Part shown: positions 60,433 through 64,000 of the stretch, in pieces
How positions within the stretch are numbered: position 1 is the first letter of the stretch
Layout: every line of letters begins with the position of its first letter
DNA from: Longimicrobiales bacterium
Lineage (GTDB): Bacteria > Gemmatimonadota > Gemmatimonadetes > Longimicrobiales > Gaopeijiaceae
NCBI GenBank assembly: GCA_965202805.1
Contig: OZ241869.1
Location: forward strand, 512,001-576,000
DNA: 64,000 bases
Direction: 5' to 3'
Notes under the pieces: model-generated
Told to the model about the DNA's origin: nothing
The model's database searches: none
What the model saw: the letters and a program-made list of their open reading frames with translations, nothing else
Program-made: the position numbers and the translations under genes

Positions 60433-62220
60433 CTAACCTCCGCCCCACAGCCTCCAGAAAAGACTCGCCCCGAAGCGCACTCTTCCCGTTCTGGGCGTAC
60501 GGCCTCCGGTGCCGCTGCGCGCGGTTTCCCAGCCGAAGCGGGCCACGACCGGGAAGCCACCTGCCAGAAAGCTGGAATACCTGACGTCCACCCCCATCGA
60601 CCGCACTTCGGCATCCGTCTCCAGCGAGAGCGGCGCCAGCTCTGCGGCATCGCCTGCGTAGCTGTCCGCCCCCCGGCTGAAGGCCCGGTACACGAAGCCG
60701 ACCGCAAGCTCGGGCGTCAGGAGCAGCTGCGGAACGATCGCATACTCCAGGTAGTTCCCCGGCTGCCACTGCACCGTCTCCAGGGGCGGACGAGGGGCGA
60801 AGCCGGTGTCGGGCGGACCGATGCGCCGGCGGACGTACACGGGGGAGGCGATCCCGTAGCGCACATCGAACGCCAGCTCCACCCGCCGGGCCCAGTCGAC
60901 GCCGCCGAACGCGCGCACCTCGATGTCCGTCTGCCCCTCGGCGACCTCCATGTCCAGGAATTCGCGGATGGTGTCCTGCGGGGTGCCGGTTCCCAGACGG
61001 AGGGTGCCGGCGACGCCCAGCCGAACCCCGAAGCCGCCCCCCGACTCCGGCTCGGCGGCGGCGACGGAATCGGCCGCCTCTTCGAGGTCCGGAGGGTCGG
61101 CCCGGCGCAGGGTCAGATTCAGGAGTTGAAGGGCCGCACCCACCTCCAGATCTCCGGGTTCCCAGAGCGCGTCCATTCCCTCGGCCGGAAGGCCGTTCGC
61201 GCCGAACACCGGGGCCACCACCAGCGAATCGAAGGCGGCCCCGTCCAGGGGAGAGCCGAGGGGGAGCGGCGCCGTGAAGCTGGTCACGCCGATGTTCGAC
61301 AGCCCGGTCCTGACCTCCCCCAGGCGCGCGACCAGGGTGTCGCCCGCGGCGGAACCCTGCACGGGGAAGAAGACAGCCTCTCCGAACAGCGTGGCGAGGG
61401 ATCCCAGCAGTGCGTCGCCCCGCGCGAGAACGTCGCGCCCCGTCCGGCACTCGGGGGTGGTGTCGTCCGACTCGCACTGGCGGTCGATGGCCGCGCGCGC
61501 CTCGGAGAGGGCGCTCCGGTACTCGTTCATGAAGGGGGCGCTCACGGACGGGGAGGGGGCCAGGCCGGCATTGGCGTCCCCGGGCGCGTAGACCAGTTCC
61601 GAGTCGAGCCTGCGCTGCACCAAGGGGAGGGTCGCCCCCACCGTCAGCCAGCGGAATACTCCAAGCCGGAACCCGAGCGGCACCCGCCGTATGTGGGCCG
61701 CGAGCAGGTGGGTCGTGCTGCCCAGGTTGAACCGGTAGTCCGGTTTCGCGAGCAGGGTCCTGAGGCGAGCCTCGGTGATCGCGGCGCCGGGCAGCCGGTC
61801 CGATCCCAGCGCGTCGCTGCTGAGGCTCCATCCCAGCGGCTCCACCTCCTCGATCAGCGACCCGCCCTCGGAACGCAGGCCGAAGCGCTCGGCCCAGGTG
61901 ACATAGTGCGCGTCGATGTCCAGCCGCAGGTGACCCGAAGGGACGACCGGTCCCCCGATGAGCTGCCCGCTGGCGGCCCCGGGCAGCAGGAGGGTCGGGA
62001 GAAGCACCAGCAGCCGGCGGAAGAGCGGCGGAATCCCGGTTAGCGCGAGGTGCCCGCGAGCGGGGTGGGGCAAGGGGAAGCGGGGGGAAGATGGTGCGCG
62101 CAGGCCGGGCGCCAGCCGCCGGCGAGGACGTGCAAAGGTAGTCACGGGCCGGAGCGGGGAAAACCATCGCGCGGGTGGTTGACACCCATGGTGGCTGTTT
62201 CTAACCTCATGATGCTTCAT
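60433..62220 (-). CDS. Hypothetical secreted / outer-membrane protein; start uncertain
   Basis: Signal-like RRLLVLLPTLLLPGAASGQ (about 62030-61970) and a beta-strand-rich C-terminus; nearest in-frame ATG is 62220. The longer listed ORF runs through the tRNAs. Confidence 0.55.
   Translation of the reverse strand: MKHHEVRNSHHGCQPPARWFSPLRPVTTFARPRRRLAPGLRAPSSPRFPLPHPARGHLALTGIPPLFRRLLVLLPTLLLPGAASGQLIGGPVVPSGHLRLDIDAHYVTWAERFGLRSEGGSLIEEVEPLGWSLSSDALGSDRLPGAAITEARLRTLLAKPDYRFNLGSTTHLLAAHIRRVPLGFRLGVFRWLTVGATLPLVQRRLDSELVYAPGDANAGLAPSPSVSAPFMNEYRSALSEARAAIDRQCESDDTTPECRTGRDVLARGDALLGSLATLFGEAVFFPVQGSAAGDTLVARLGEVRTGLSNIGVTSFTAPLPLGSPLDGAAFDSLVVAPVFGANGLPAEGMDALWEPGDLEVGAALQLLNLTLRRADPPDLEEAADSVAAAEPESGGGFGVRLGVAGTLRLGTGTPQDTIREFLDMEVAEGQTDIEVRAFGGVDWARRVELAFDVRYGIASPVYVRRRIGPPDTGFAPRPPLETVQWQPGNYLEYAIVPQLLLTPELAVGFVYRAFSRGADSYAGDAAELAPLSLETDAEVRSMGVDVRYSSFLAGGFPVVARFGWETARSGTGGRTPRTGRVRFGASLFWRLWGGG
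62179..62207 (+). promoter_or_regulatory. Sigma70 promoter of the tRNA pair
   Basis: TTGACA-17-TAACCT, 15 nt upstream of tRNA-Gly. Confidence 0.75.
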
Positions 62221-62222
62221 CT

Positions 62223-62295
<73 letters not shown>

Positions 62296-62344
62296 CTTGG
62301 AAAGCCGGTATGGGGAGCGCGCTCGTCGGCTCCCCATTCCTTTT

Positions 62345-62415
62345 GGCGCCGTGGCCAAGTGGTAAGGCAGAGGACTGCAAATCCTCGATCGTCGGTTCGA
62401 TTCCGACCGGCGCCT
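62345..62415 (+). tRNA. tRNA-Cys(GCA)
   Basis: Full cloverleaf; anticodon loop CTGCAAA; U73 discriminator. Confidence 0.97.
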
Positions 62416-62621
62416 CTGCAGGGCAGCGCCGGTTGCCCGCCGTTGCGGGCGCGGGTCTCCGGCGGGAGGCCGCGCGCTCCCGCCCACCTGTCTCCGGCCA
62501 GGCGCGGCCGGCGGAGGCGCTCCCGTCGCTGGTGACACTCCTCGTGCGGCTCGCAGCTTCCTTGTATCCGGAAACCCCAGGACAGGTTCGCCGCGCCACC
62601 GCGCGGCGGGAGGAGGCGCCG

Positions 62622-63173
62622 GTGTGCGGGCGCTCACGTCCTCGCCCGCGCGCGGCCGGCCGGGTCGGTGTAGGCCGGCCGGGAGGCTTCCGGGGGGGCC
62701 GGCCCACGGCCTCGGGCTTGCTGGTCCTCGTCGCCGCATGCTTCGCCGCCGGGGGATGCGCGGAGCCGGACGACGAAGGACCGGCCCCGCCGGCGGAGAC
62801 TCCGGCACTCCCCCGCGTGGACACCATGCAGGTCCTGATGGACGAGTATACCATCTCGATGCCGCTCGTCCTGCCCGCCGGACCGCACCCGGTGCGCTTC
62901 GTAAACGCGGGGTTCGAGGAGCACAACATCTACTTCCGCCGGAAGGAAGACACCGCTGAAGACGCCGCTCCGGCCTGGGTTCTGGAGCGCCGCCTCAACC
63001 CCGGCGAGCGCCGGGTGGTGACCGTGGAACTCGAGCCCGGTGCCTATACGGCGATCTGCGACTTCTCGGGCCATGACGGCCGGGGGATGTTCACCGACTT
63101 CACCGTAGCCCCGGCCGCCGATTCGCCGGGACAGCCGCCGGGACAGCCGGACTCGGTGGCTCCCGCCTCCTGA
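62622..63173 (+). CDS. Cupredoxin (type 1 copper) lipoprotein
   Basis: Lipobox AGGC; HNI...CDFSGHDGRGM ligand set (H, C, H, M); start uncertain. Confidence 0.7.
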   Translation: MCGRSRPRPRAAGRVGVGRPGGFRGGRPTASGLLVLVAACFAAGGCAEPDDEGPAPPAETPALPRVDTMQVLMDEYTISMPLVLPAGPHPVRFVNAGFEEHNIYFRRKEDTAEDAAPAWVLERRLNPGERRVVTVELEPGAYTAICDFSGHDGRGMFTDFTVAPAADSPGQPPGQPDSVAPAS

Positions 63174-63200
63174 GCCCTTCCGGGCCGGAGCCGCGCATCG

Positions 63201-64000
63201 TCACCGCCTCCAGGCTTCCGCGCCCGGGAGCCCCAGGCTGAGCAACACTTCCATGCCGGGTTCGGCGGCGCGGCCGGCCCCGTCCATGGCGGCCTGTGCG
63301 ACGGGCGGCAGCCGGCGCAGGATTCCGCGCACCTGGCCGGTCCGAGGATTGCGCAGGATGGCCATCGGCCGCACCGACTGGTCGTTCAGTGTGTCGGAGC
63401 CGCCGGGTCCGGCGAGCGTGATGCCGGCCAGGCTCCCGGCCCACCCGTCCTGCACCGGAAGCACGATCGCGAAGGCAGGCCTGCCGTCGCCATCGGCCGG
63501 CACCGGCATGTCGAAACCGAGCGAAAACAGCTCGCGGCCACGCGGGTCGACGCCCGTGATCCGGTACTCGCTGCCCGGCTGCGGAACGCTCGCCGGCGCC
63601 TCCAGCACGAAGGCCGGTTCCAGGAACGGCTCGCCTTCCAGGTCCACGCCCCCCCAGAGCAGGATCGAGCGGCCGGGCGCCACGGAACGGGTTGCGCGGT
63701 CGGCTTCGTTGCGGATCCGGAAACGCAGCGCGTTGGTGAAGTAGTAGTCGCTGACCCAGGGCGGCTCGCAGTACGACATCAGATCGTGCCGGCCGGGCGC
63801 GACCAGCCTTCCGCGGCGGAAGTCGTATCCCCAGGCGCCGATCGATCCGTCCGGTTCGGGGAACGAGGGATCCGGGGCGCCGGCGCCTCCGCAGGGGGCA
63901 TGGCGCAGATTCACGTTGTGCCCCAGTTCGTGCGCGATGATTCGCGAGTCGGGCACCGAAAAGCTGACGCGGCCCGGGACGCTCGCGATGCCACGCGCGA
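63201..64000 (-). CDS. C-terminal part of an M66-like zinc metalloprotease; 5' end is outside the window
   Basis: HELGHNVNLRHAPC (HExxHxxxxxH), WGYD and DLMSYC motifs; frame is open to the window edge. Confidence 0.75.
   Translation of the reverse strand, partial: ARGIASVPGRVSFSVPDSRIIAHELGHNVNLRHAPCGGAGAPDPSFPEPDGSIGAWGYDFRRGRLVAPGRHDLMSYCEPPWVSDYYFTNALRFRIRNEADRATRSVAPGRSILLWGGVDLEGEPFLEPAFVLEAPASVPQPGSEYRITGVDPRGRELFSLGFDMPVPADGDGRPAFAIVLPVQDGWAGSLAGITLAGPGGSDTLNDQSVRPMAILRNPRTGQVRGILRRLPPVAQAAMDGAGRAAEPGMEVLLSLGLPGAEAWRR

Overview
High-GC bacterial chromosome segment, most likely Gemmatimonadota and possibly a marine-sponge symbiont. This is an inference from the pilin type, the tmRNA tag ANNHMAMAA, and the NHL, DUF5916 and M66-type secreted proteins. 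The left 16 kb is one tightly packed minus-strand run: amt, circularly permuted ATP-grasp, alpha-E, transglutaminase, TorF-like porin, mocA, xdhC(YHS), coxD, coxE, coxG, then form I coxMSL. It ends in a lower-GC STAND-like ATPase gene (>760 aa) that is missing from the ORF track and runs off the window edge. The middle holds dusB, tmRNA, lspA, glnA with a long structured leader, a CNNM/CorC protein, a pncB/pncA NAD-salvage pair, several peptidases and secreted proteins, and a frameshifted type IV pilin. The right part is housekeeping (gltA, infC-rpmI-rplT-pheST-zapB/A-rny-folD-xseAB-ispA-dxs-nadK-recN), followed by tRNA-Gly/tRNA-Cys, a cupredoxin lipoprotein and a truncated M66-like protein. 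The most notable observations are: the possible co-transcription of nitrogen-uptake and peptide-ligase genes with CO dehydrogenase; a 10-bp box shared by the amt and glnA promoters; two repeats in the glnA leader that are antisense to the amt ribosome-binding site; the foreign STAND ATPase; a tandem-repeat insertion in CoxD; and the one-base pilin frameshift. All calls were made by eye, with no database searches.
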